NCBI GenBank assembly: GCA_965223665.1
Contig: OZ245011.1
Coordinates: 2,944,001 to 3,008,000 of the forward strand
From: Nitrospinaceae bacterium
Lineage (GTDB): Bacteria; Nitrospinota; Nitrospinia; Nitrospinales; Nitrospinaceae
DNA: 64,000 bases
Direction: 5' to 3'
The notes beneath the pieces are model-generated. The model saw only the letters and a program-made list of their open reading frames with translations. It was not told the origin of the DNA and did not search any database. Shown in pieces: positions 28,818 to 38,087 of this stretch. Both the position numbers and the translations under genes were made by a program. Within the stretch, counting starts at the first letter, position 1. Each line of letters begins with the position of its first letter.

Positions 28818-30089
28818 ATGAGCCATCAACCCATTATTCAAACTGAATCTGCAAGCCCTTCGCGCATGACTCAGGAGTATCAAGTGCTCCATGAAGTGGC
28901 GAAAACCCTTCAAACAACCGAAGACATAAAAACTATATTAATTAAAGTTCTTCGGGTGATCACTCAGTTTGATGAATTAAAAGTGGAACGCAAAGCAGGC
29001 ATTTTTTTAGCGGATAGAGAAAATAAGGTTCTTCGCCTTTACTGTACCATTGGTGATTTTACTGATGAGTTTTTGGAAAAGGAAAAAGTGATTCCCTTCG
29101 GAGATTGTTTATGCGGTCGGGTCGCAGAAACCGGTCAACTATTGTTGAGCGACAATTGTTTCTCCGACACAAGGCATGAAAGGCGTTTCAAAGAAATGAC
29201 GGCTCATGGACATTACATCATTCCTTTAAAAAGTGGAAATTCTTTAACGGGAGTGCTTTTTCTATATACTGATCCTTCTCCCAATTGGTATTTACACAGC
29301 CAGGAAGTTTTGCTTTCAATTGGTGGTCTGATTGGCAATGCCATTGAGCTGAAAAAATTTGAAACGGAACTCACCGAATACAAAAACCACCTCGAAGAAC
29401 TGGTAAAAAATAAAACTGAAAATTTAATGGAAGTGAATAGTCGATTGCGCAACTTGAGCCAACGGTTACAATCGATGCGAGAAGAAGAAAAAACCCGCAT
29501 TGCCCGAGAAGTGCATGACGAATTGGGTCAGTCTTTAACCACACTGCGGATGGACTTGTTATGTATGGAAAAAGAGTTTGCTCCGGAGCAGGATGCATTT
29601 AAAAAACGTATTCATTCTCAAGTGGAACTCATTGAAGGCACTATTAAATCAGTTCAGCGTATATGCACAGAATTGCGACCCCAAATTTTGGATGTCTTTG
29701 GGTTTTGTGATGCTTTGGCCTGGCAGGCCAAAGAATATGAAAAACGAACGAATCTTATTTTTGATTTAGCCTGTTTGGACAAACCTGTAGAATTGGACAG
29801 GGAACTGACCACTGCCTTGTTCCGGATTTTCCAGGAAACGATCACCAATGTGCTGCGTCACTCCAATGCAACTAAGGTGAACGTTTCTTTTGAGAACAAG
29901 GACAATCAACTCATTCTGAAAATCAAGGATAATGGCAAAGGTATTTCCCAGGAGAAAATCAATGACCCGGAATCCATTGGACTTTTAGGTATGCGTGAGC
30001 GAATTCAATTTTGGGATGGAAATGTTTCCATTCAGGGCGAACCGAATGTTGGAACTTCAGTAACCGTCACCATTCCCTGGACGATTTAA
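28818..30089 (+). CDS. GAF-domain sensor histidine kinase (HisKA_3, NarX/UhpB class)
   Basis: GAF paralogous to that of 1696..2985; RIAREVHDELGQSL, ELRP, FQETITNVLRHS, DNGKG and GLLGMRER. Confidence 0.93.
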   Translation: MSHQPIIQTESASPSRMTQEYQVLHEVAKTLQTTEDIKTILIKVLRVITQFDELKVERKAGIFLADRENKVLRLYCTIGDFTDEFLEKEKVIPFGDCLCGRVAETGQLLLSDNCFSDTRHERRFKEMTAHGHYIIPLKSGNSLTGVLFLYTDPSPNWYLHSQEVLLSIGGLIGNAIELKKFETELTEYKNHLEELVKNKTENLMEVNSRLRNLSQRLQSMREEEKTRIAREVHDELGQSLTTLRMDLLCMEKEFAPEQDAFKKRIHSQVELIEGTIKSVQRICTELRPQILDVFGFCDALAWQAKEYEKRTNLIFDLACLDKPVELDRELTTALFRIFQETITNVLRHSNATKVNVSFENKDNQLILKIKDNGKGISQEKINDPESIGLLGMRERIQFWDGNVSIQGEPNVGTSVTVTIPWTI

Positions 30090-30742
30090 TGACGAAATCA
30101 TCCGGAAAAATAAAAATACTCGTTGCCGATGATCATGCCATTGCCCGCCAGGGAGTACGCATGATTATTTCGCAAGCGTCAGATATGGAAATCGTTGGAG
30201 AAGCTGAAAACGGAAACGACGCGCTCAGGCAAATTCAAAAACTGAATGTCGATGTCTTGATCATGGATATTGAAATGCCGGAAAAAAGCGGATGGGATGC
30301 GCTCCTCGAAATAAAATCCATTAAACCCAAGTTACCCGTTCTGATTTTAAGTATTTTTCCTGAAGATCATTATGGCACCCGATTCCTCAAGGCGGGGGCA
30401 GCGGGATATCTTTCGAAAGCGAGTACTCCTGATGAAGTTGTTGAAGCGATCCGGCGCGTGCATCGTGGCGGAAAGTACGTCAGTCAAAACCTGGCCGAAA
30501 AATTAGTGACTGACCTCACCCATGATACCGACAAACCGTTGCATGAAACCCTGTCCGACCGCGAGTTCCAGGTGTTTCAATTGATCGCCTCTGGAAAAAA
30601 ACTTTCAGAAATTGCCGACCAATTGGCGTTGGGGGTGACCACGGTCAGTTCTTACCGCTCTCGCATTTTCGAAAAAATGAATTTCAAAACCAATACCGAC
30701 CTCATCCACTACGCCCTGCAAAATAAATTGATTTCTCATTAA
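30089..30742 (+). CDS. NarL/UvrY-family DNA-binding response regulator
   Basis: ADDHAIAR, MDIEMP and LuxR-type HTH (LSDREFQV...TVSSYRSRIFEK); its ATG overlaps the kinase stop codon (TAATG). Confidence 0.93.
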   Translation: MTKSSGKIKILVADDHAIARQGVRMIISQASDMEIVGEAENGNDALRQIQKLNVDVLIMDIEMPEKSGWDALLEIKSIKPKLPVLILSIFPEDHYGTRFLKAGAAGYLSKASTPDEVVEAIRRVHRGGKYVSQNLAEKLVTDLTHDTDKPLHETLSDREFQVFQLIASGKKLSEIADQLALGVTTVSSYRSRIFEKMNFKTNTDLIHYALQNKLISH

Positions 30743-30936
30743 ATCTCTTTTCTAGACCGAGCACTACCGAATAAACTGACTACCTACCGCTATTTTTTGC
30801 CATTTTCCACGGAAACTTAGGACACTCTTGAAAAGATTTTGTAAATTAAGCATCCTTACCCACTTGTTGAACGTTCATATTGCCCCATGTAGTGAGTGAG
30901 CCATCGCAAAATGAATTCTACCTCAGGCGGTTCACC

Positions 30937-31026
30937 TGTCGTAAAAATACGGCAAATGATTCAGGAAATTACGGCATAAAAATCCCAATTCCTACGATTT
31001 GATGGTTCTTTCTGTTTTTGTAATCT
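30937..31026 (+). promoter_or_regulatory. Putative response-regulator operator array and promoter of the DUF1264 gene
   Basis: TGTCGTAAAAATACGGCA (30937-30954), TACGGCA (30970-30976), CAATTCCTACGAT (30986-30998) and TAATCT (31021-31026). Confidence 0.6.
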
Positions 31027-31083
31027 AGCTCTCGTAGACAAACAATTAAGGAAACTTATTAACTATATTAAATCGAGGGCACC

Positions 31084-31632
31084 ATGAAATTGACGAAATC
31101 ATTAATCACCACATTGGCATTTACATTTTTAATCTTAATTTCGGTTGGGCGAGCATTTGGGGATGAAACTCCGCCTCCCAATCCTCTAGCCGGTTACACG
31201 ATTCATGTAACGGCGCCACATATGTTGAACGGAGAAGTGTCTGGACCGCATCATCATTATTGTAAACCCATTAATGATGACATTATTCAGTGCGTTCTGT
31301 TTGACTCGACGGATCCCAATGCTCGTTTGACCGAGGTTGAATATTTTGTTTCGAAGGATTTAGTGAGAAAAGTGATTCCGAAGTGGTCTCATAAAAAAAA
31401 TTGGCACGACCATGCGGAAGAAATTGCAACGGGACGGGTAGCAATTTTGAATCCCATGGATGCGGAGTCACAAAAGAAATTGGCGGAATATGTTGGCAAA
31501 ACAGACGGTATTATTTTCCACTTGTGGCCGGATGGTGCCCCGATTCCGGACGGCACAGTGGACATTGCCCAATCTGTGGGTCATTGGGAAGCAACCCATG
31601 GCAAGGTGGAGACCGCCAACTCTGCTAAGTAA
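31084..31632 (+). CDS. Secreted DUF1264 / OBAP-like protein
   Basis: Signal peptide; HHYCKP...IQCVLFDS...ARLTEVEYFV and WHDH motifs typical of DUF1264. Confidence 0.8.
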   Translation: MKLTKSLITTLAFTFLILISVGRAFGDETPPPNPLAGYTIHVTAPHMLNGEVSGPHHHYCKPINDDIIQCVLFDSTDPNARLTEVEYFVSKDLVRKVIPKWSHKKNWHDHAEEIATGRVAILNPMDAESQKKLAEYVGKTDGIIFHLWPDGAPIPDGTVDIAQSVGHWEATHGKVETANSAK

Positions 31633-31819
31633 ACCATGTTTTCCTCCCCCAATACCCTTTGGGTGATGGGGCTTAGCCCGTAGGTGATAGGTTAGTGCCA
31701 GGATGGAAAGTGAATTTATTCCCAGATTCTGGTGCTAACCTGTTGCCTGTTTTTTTTAGGAGATGAGTTGGTTGTAAGGAAAATGGAAGTGAAGATAAAA
31801 TTTTTTCCGGTTATGAAGC

Positions 31820-32794
31820 TTAATTCATCACCGGACCCATGAGGACAATGAATTCCTTCAAAATCTCAACATCAAAACTGGATCGAAATTCCTGGGTCAT
31901 CAAAGTAAAAGCTTCAATGGGAACCATTCCCTTACGGTGAGGCCGGGGTGAAGTCAGGGCATCATAAACGTCCATGATTTTCACGATTCTAGCTAAATAG
32001 GGAATTTTCTCTCCTGAAAGACCTCTTGGGTAACCCCCTCCTCCGAATTCTTCATGATGATTTTCTAAAATTTGGACTACCTTTTCATCCTTGATTCCAA
32101 TTTTATCCAAAATTTCTTTTCCATATTGAGTATGCTTTTTTACTTCATTAGTTTCTTCAGGGGTTAAGGGTCCCTGTTTATTAAGAATGTTTTTAGGAAC
32201 TTTTGACATCCCAATATCGAACAGCACCCCGCCTAATCCAAGAACTTTTATTTCCTCGGGATCCAACTTAATATGGGTTCCAAAACTCAAACAGTAAAGC
32301 CCAACATTAGTGCAGTGTGTATACAAAGAAAAATCTTTTATTAAGGTTTCGGTGATTACCTGACAACCCTGATCTGATTTAAGAATACATTCTTCCATGG
32401 TTTCCATGACGCTTTCCATAGAAGTTAAAATATTTTCCGAAGCATGGAATTCGAAAAACCCCTTCATAATGTCATGAGACAGTCCATAAACTTTTTTGGC
32501 CTTTTCCTCAGGAGAAATTTGGTCATTATTTTTCCAAGCCGTCAGCTTTTTAGTGGCTTGCTCAAAATAATTTTCCATTTCATTTTTATGGACATACAAA
32601 GTTTCCTTAAGGGAATTGTCTTCCAGCATTCCACGGACTTTCTTTTGATGACTTGGGCTTCTACCGGCGAACTTGATAAACAATTCAGGGTTGGTGTTTT
32701 TGTCCTTGATATAGAGATCAAAACATTGATCGGTAGAGGTGTTTAAAAACTCGTTACTGATGGGCCAATAAGAAGGAATGTTCATTGAGATCAA
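31820..32794 (-). CDS. HD-GYP domain protein, degenerate HD dyad
   Basis: YTH, LFDIG (in place of LHDIG), HHE...GGGYPRGL and DVYDALTSPRP. Confidence 0.85.
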   Translation of the reverse strand: MISMNIPSYWPISNEFLNTSTDQCFDLYIKDKNTNPELFIKFAGRSPSHQKKVRGMLEDNSLKETLYVHKNEMENYFEQATKKLTAWKNNDQISPEEKAKKVYGLSHDIMKGFFEFHASENILTSMESVMETMEECILKSDQGCQVITETLIKDFSLYTHCTNVGLYCLSFGTHIKLDPEEIKVLGLGGVLFDIGMSKVPKNILNKQGPLTPEETNEVKKHTQYGKEILDKIGIKDEKVVQILENHHEEFGGGGYPRGLSGEKIPYLARIVKIMDVYDALTSPRPHRKGMVPIEAFTLMTQEFRSSFDVEILKEFIVLMGPVMN

Positions 32795-32971
32795 AAACTT
32801 AAAAACTAAAAAGGTTTTATTACTTTTAGAATAAAGTAAGTTTTTGAAATTGACGCAAACTTTTTGGAAATTAATCTATAAACACCCTTTTATAGGTAAT
32901 AAAAGATAGTTATTTTAGTATTGGAGCAATACTTATATAATTTTTAATATTCTATTTCATAGTGAAAAATA

Positions 32972-34279
32972 TCACCATACACCTTTTAATTTTTGGGATT
33001 CAATTATTTGCTGGGTTTCAGTATTAATTTTACCTGGATTATTGATAAGAATTTCTTCTGCAATAGGTTTTAATTTGGCATCCCCATTAGTCTTAAGGTC
33101 TTCTAAAGCGTCTCTCACCTTTTTATGTATTTTAGCGTTACTGGATAAAGACCATTTGGCGGACGCAGCAGTTAAAAACAGCATTAAATCTTTTCTTTCA
33201 TCTAAGTGTCCAAGTGTCGCGATGATAGCATCTAAATATTTCTGTTCTCCGGTGATAAAGAAACTACTCCAATACATGTCATTTTTTGCAGGTGAGGTTT
33301 CAACATTATTAAGTAATTCATCCGGAGTTTGATTTATAGATCTTAACAAAATTGTTTTGGCGGGTGGGTTCAACTCCAAAATTTTTTCTCTCCATTTTTC
33401 TTTTTGTCCAGAACTGCTCAAATCAAAGATACAACTAAAGGTCATTAGGATTGGAGCTATTGCATTTTCATTGTTAGCTAACCCGGAAGAATTGATAAAC
33501 TGTAACGCACTATCTACTAACTCCGGGTGCGGTTCCATGTAATAAGTTTCTACGAAATAGTTCAACTCATCGTTGTTGGTAACAGAAGTTATTTTTTTGG
33601 GTGCTTCACCTAAATGGGATTTGATTTTCACAAAATCTTCTGCCCTGGATCCATCGGGAAAATAGTATAGGTATTTATCAATTTGTGCATTTGCCTTTGA
33701 AAAATTTTCCTGATACAAATATAAAAAAACATACCCTGCTTCCACTTCAGAATTGAACTCCGGAGAATAAACTTTTCTCAACGTATTTAAACTTTTTTCG
33801 GCTCCACTAAGATTGGGAGGAGCAATTGATAAATACAAATATGACGCAGATAAATTACAAAGTACGGATTTAGGAAAAGGGGATAAGCAGGAATTTAAAT
33901 TTTCTTTTGCTTTATTTGCACTTCCCCGAACATCCATATTGTGACCCTGACGATATAACTCGGCTAAAAGGTAATATCCGCCCTCTTTTTTATCCGTTGT
34001 AGTTGCAAAAGCTTCTGCATCTGCTACAAGATCAAGCCATTTTTGATAGATTACTTCTCTTTCCTCTTCGTTTTTAAATCTGGGAGGATACATTCCAATA
34101 TATTGATTCAAATTGGTTATTTCTTTAAACAATTCCTTGTAATTTCTGGATGATACAGTTTTCTTTTTTACATTTAGTTCAAATATTTTCTGTTCTAAAT
34201 TCGTCCCACGAATTTTTTTGGTTTTCGGCCCACAACCCACCAAATGCATAGCTAGTAAAATAACCAAAAGATATCTCAT
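32972..34279 (-). CDS. Hypothetical lipoprotein, helical/TPR-like
   Basis: Lipobox LVGC after a hydrophobic stretch; 435-aa ORF. Confidence 0.75.
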   Translation of the reverse strand: MRYLLVILLAMHLVGCGPKTKKIRGTNLEQKIFELNVKKKTVSSRNYKELFKEITNLNQYIGMYPPRFKNEEEREVIYQKWLDLVADAEAFATTTDKKEGGYYLLAELYRQGHNMDVRGSANKAKENLNSCLSPFPKSVLCNLSASYLYLSIAPPNLSGAEKSLNTLRKVYSPEFNSEVEAGYVFLYLYQENFSKANAQIDKYLYYFPDGSRAEDFVKIKSHLGEAPKKITSVTNNDELNYFVETYYMEPHPELVDSALQFINSSGLANNENAIAPILMTFSCIFDLSSSGQKEKWREKILELNPPAKTILLRSINQTPDELLNNVETSPAKNDMYWSSFFITGEQKYLDAIIATLGHLDERKDLMLFLTAASAKWSLSSNAKIHKKVRDALEDLKTNGDAKLKPIAEEILINNPGKINTETQQIIESQKLKGVW

Positions 34280-34297
34280 TTTAGTTCCTTATATTTT

Positions 34298-34765
34298 TTA
34301 CTCATCTGGAATTTGTTTTTTGATAATAATCCCAGTTTGATTTGTTAAGTCTATTAAAAGAGAAAACCTATAGTCTTTTTCGCCCAGGCAATAAATTTTA
34401 ATTTTATTTTCTTTTTCTCTCCATTTGTGCTCTGTGGGATAGCAGTATTTTTTAAATTTGATTTTTTTTTCGGCCTCAGAGGTTAAATCAAACATGTATA
34501 AGCGACCATCGCGTGACTTTGTGTAAATAGCATATTTTCCATTTGGGGAAACTGAAAACCCATCCAACATTCCTAAATCTCGCCCTTTGTAAAAAGTTGC
34601 AGAGTAATGCGCTATACTTTCAAATATATGGGGAGGATTTTCTACTGTGTAATGTTTTAAAACAAATCCATTTCCAAGGTCTTTAGACATTCCATAATCT
34701 CTATATTCCGCAAACCCTTGGGTTGTGAATTGAATAACTAATATAATAATTACTGAAGTCCTCAT
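34298..34765 (-). CDS. Hypothetical exported protein
   Basis: Signal-like N-terminus; SVSPNGKYAIY resembles a TolB/WD-type beta blade. Confidence 0.6.
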   Translation of the reverse strand: MRTSVIIILVIQFTTQGFAEYRDYGMSKDLGNGFVLKHYTVENPPHIFESIAHYSATFYKGRDLGMLDGFSVSPNGKYAIYTKSRDGRLYMFDLTSEAEKKIKFKKYCYPTEHKWREKENKIKIYCLGEKDYRFSLLIDLTNQTGIIIKKQIPDE

Positions 34766-34910
34766 TTATGGATTCCCTTAGTTTATTTCTATTAGTTTCG
34801 AGTTTAGTCTAATTTAAATAATTGATTAATTCAATTGTTCTATTGTGGATACCTTTGACGAAAGTAAATCTCAAGAGAAATAAATTTTGTATCGCTAGGA
34901 TTCTTAATTT

Positions 34911-35969
34911 TTAAATGAAATATTTTCCGGTGTGAGTTTGTAGAAATTTATCAAGGGAAATGTCTTCCTGTTTGATGAACCCTTTTTTGGAAAGTTGGCC
35001 GTGGGCGACCATTTCTACAACGGCACACACGGAAGCGGCAGTGGTCCAGGAAATGGCCCGCCAGGTTTTCCCGTCGATGTCTTTGGGGTAATAACTGCGT
35101 ACGAATTCTTCTCGTCCTAATTTTTTCCCATTCCACCCTTCCACCGCTGCGTGAACATACACAACATCTTCGTTTACGGGAGGTTTGGCGTGAACTAAAA
35201 TTTCCCCGGCATGCTTCCGGTCGTTTTTCATGTGCAGTTCATCAAAGAAGAACCGCATCAGTTTGCCGTGGCCGGGATAACGAATCGTTTTATAGTTCAG
35301 CGTGTCCACTTTTCCCTCATAAGTCTGGCACATGGTGCCCAGCCCGCCGGAAGTGGTGAATGCCTCTAATTGCACTCCATCGATTACGATGGTTTCAATA
35401 CTTTCCATAGGTGGTACTTTGGCCCGAACCCCATTTTTAATCACTTCACAATCATTCAGGTATTCGTTAACCACTCCTTCCGGAGACCAATTGAAAGCAT
35501 AGCCCAGTAACCCTCGCGGATGTTGTGGCAAGGCACCGACACGTAATTCAATACTGCGGAGCTTATCGAACCGCCGCGCCAGGTCAGCCCCGACAATACC
35601 AATGAAACCCGGGGCCAAACCACATTGGGGAGCCATAACCGCTTTGGAAGTTTTTGACATTTTAAGGATTGCTTCAGTGGTGGGGACATCTTCCGTTAAA
35701 TCAAAGTAATGTTTGCCTGTTTTGTGGGTAATCTCCGCCACCGATTGGTTGAGGTGATAAGGCAGACAGGTGACCACCGCTTGATATTTTTTGATGATTT
35801 CGCGTAAGGATTTTTTATCGGTCACATCCCCCTTGATCGTCTCAAACGGGAGTTTGGGATTTTTTTTAGTGTCAAAACCCGCCACCTTATAATCGTTCAG
35901 ATGTAACAGCGTTGCGACCAGACCGCCCACCTTCCCTAAACCAATGACCAAAACCGATTCGATGTTCAT
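34911..35969 (-). CDS. Saccharopine dehydrogenase / lysine 6-dehydrogenase family oxidoreductase
   Basis: GLGKVG Rossmann motif, YFDLTED, CGLAPG, WSPEGVVNEY, EAFTTSGG and YKTIRYPGH. Confidence 0.9.
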   Translation of the reverse strand: MNIESVLVIGLGKVGGLVATLLHLNDYKVAGFDTKKNPKLPFETIKGDVTDKKSLREIIKKYQAVVTCLPYHLNQSVAEITHKTGKHYFDLTEDVPTTEAILKMSKTSKAVMAPQCGLAPGFIGIVGADLARRFDKLRSIELRVGALPQHPRGLLGYAFNWSPEGVVNEYLNDCEVIKNGVRAKVPPMESIETIVIDGVQLEAFTTSGGLGTMCQTYEGKVDTLNYKTIRYPGHGKLMRFFFDELHMKNDRKHAGEILVHAKPPVNEDVVYVHAAVEGWNGKKLGREEFVRSYYPKDIDGKTWRAISWTTAASVCAVVEMVAHGQLSKKGFIKQEDISLDKFLQTHTGKYFI

Positions 35970-36219
35970 AAATTTTTCCTATTGATTTTGTTATATTTAA
36001 AAAAATATTAAATGTTTAGGAATTGAGTTTTTCTAATGAACCATTTGTAAACACTACCTAGTATTTCATATGAAAGTAGCTTTGGTCTATTTTTAATTTA
36101 AATATTGCCCGGATGGGTAAACAAATAATTTGGAAGTGATTTGAAGGTTTAAGAATATGAATCAGAAGAAATTGCAAACAAAATAATTTTTCGGACTTTG
36201 TACATTTTTTATTCTAAGG

Positions 36220-37287
36220 TCAAGATTTTCGGTTCAGTATGCTGCATATCCATAAGCCGTGGGGGTTGACCCATTCATTGAATTTTTCGTAATGGAACCC
36301 GTGGTGCTCGACAAATTGTGCGAGGTCTTCTTCATGGAACCACAGGCTTTGTTTGGAGAGTCCGGATAGATTGTCCCCTCCTTCAGAAAAAATTTCGAAT
36401 GAAAACTTACCTGCATCCAGTGTTACTTCTTTGAAGCGGCGCGGTTCCGGAGAATGTTTGGAAGCCACCTGGCTGGAAAGGATAATGGTGTCGCAGTGAT
36501 TCATACAGGTTTCCAGGAACCACCAGGGTTTTTCAGAATGATAAAGAACTCCAGAACAAAATATAACGTCGAGAGGTTCCGGGACTATAGAGGGAAACAA
36601 ATGCATATCTCCGAACCGCAAAGTGTAATTGTCCCAATCCATATATGCTTTTAACAGAGCAGTTTTAGCATAATTATCAGAGCGTCCTTCCAAACCGATC
36701 ACTCGTTTCGGTTCCTGTTCCATCAGCATCATTGAAAAATGTCCTTCGAAAGGACCAAACTCCAATACCGTTTTATTTTTTAAATTGAAGTCCGGAGGTA
36801 AGTACTGCCAGGGGCTGGGTTTTTCAATTAAGTGTTTACGCCATCCACTCAATAAGAGTTCATTATATTTGTAGTCTAAAGGAATTTTCAAATCATGAAA
36901 GAGAGTGGGAAGATCGAGCAAATGTTCTAAACAGAGAACACGACCCGGAAAAACATTTTGAATTCGTTGTAACGTTTCCTCCAGTTCAATTGAAGAATCT
37001 AAAGAGGCGACCAAGACCACAGGTTGTGGATCAATAGTCGATAGCGCCTGAATCGGTTGCACCTTTTTCCCACCCAGTTCTGTGGGGTGTGGGGTATCGT
37101 CATAAATACCTGTGACTATAATCTCGGCGTCTTTTAGTATTTTAAGAATATGTTTCGAGGAATTTCGGCTTCCGACTATGGCAATGGGAGCTTTCAATGA
37201 TTTGCAACGGTTAGAGATAACGCTTTGAATTTCCGGGTTTGTTAAATTGAGGCTTTCTGACTTTGGAATTGAATGGATGTGATTCAT
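36220..37287 (-). CDS. Class I SAM-dependent methyltransferase with N-terminal Rossmann-like extension
   Basis: KTVLEFGPFEG motif I and DVIFCSGVLYH. Confidence 0.8.
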   Translation of the reverse strand: MNHIHSIPKSESLNLTNPEIQSVISNRCKSLKAPIAIVGSRNSSKHILKILKDAEIIVTGIYDDTPHPTELGGKKVQPIQALSTIDPQPVVLVASLDSSIELEETLQRIQNVFPGRVLCLEHLLDLPTLFHDLKIPLDYKYNELLLSGWRKHLIEKPSPWQYLPPDFNLKNKTVLEFGPFEGHFSMMLMEQEPKRVIGLEGRSDNYAKTALLKAYMDWDNYTLRFGDMHLFPSIVPEPLDVIFCSGVLYHSEKPWWFLETCMNHCDTIILSSQVASKHSPEPRRFKEVTLDAGKFSFEIFSEGGDNLSGLSKQSLWFHEEDLAQFVEHHGFHYEKFNEWVNPHGLWICSILNRKS

Positions 37288-37966
37288 GTTTAACTCTGAT
37301 ATATAGAGTGGAAGGTTGATTTTAGACTCTTTTGCTTAAATGGAACGGCAAATTCGAAAAATTACTTGAGTCAAAAAGGAGGTGGGTAAGAACCGAGAGA
37401 GTCTCGCCAACAAGGTTAACGACCCATGCCTCAATAAAGAAATCCAACTTAATTTTTAAGCGTGAGGGGTGTCGGGAATAATGGGGCGAATCCTTCGAAT
37501 TTATAGAAGTATAGAGAATGGCAGGTAGTAAAGGAAAGTGAATAAAAAATGATTGTCTTAATGAGAAAACCACTCAAAACCAAACTCCCGGCCCTTAGAG
37601 ACCGAAAATGCCTTATCGATTGATAGGATTCAATAAGATAAAAAACCCCAGATTTATACTAGTGGTTTTAAATTTTTTCGTAATCGATTCCTCGTTTTAT
37701 TCTGGAACTCTATTTTAATATAAATTCACCTGATTCTATTAGATAGAAAAGAGTTCCTTTTCTTCACTTAGATTTACTTCTTCTTTTCAAAAAGATTTAC
37801 ATTCTTGGGTCTTTCACTGACATTAATCGTCACTTTGGGAGTCTGATTCATCCAATCCCTTTGATTTTTTTTAAATTACAAAAAATGTAAATCTGTAAAT
37901 TAATTTTCTTCAAAACCCACATTGTAGCTTAATTTTGAATCTAAACCGAAAGATTCAGACCTTCTA

Positions 37967-37982
37967 TGGTATCGATGTTGCT
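37967..37982 (+). promoter_or_regulatory. Putative sigma-54 (-24/-12) promoter upstream of the PilX-like gene
   Basis: TGGTATCGATGTTGCT: GG-N10-GC spacing resembling TGGCAC-N5-TTGC, ~105 bp before the ATG. Confidence 0.45.
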
Positions 37983-38087
37983 CTTCCAACAATTGTCAGG
38001 CAAAGAAAGGAACCGGTAAAGAGGGGTCTAAACCATTTAAGTAAAAAAGCAGTTTAAAAAATTTTGTTAATAAACAGGGATTTAAAC

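Noticed and set aside
37995-38040. c-di-GMP-I riboswitch-like words (GGCAAA...GGGTCTAA) upstream of the PilX-like gene
   Set aside because: I could not build the paired stems or the GNRA tetraloop/receptor; a covariance search would be needed.
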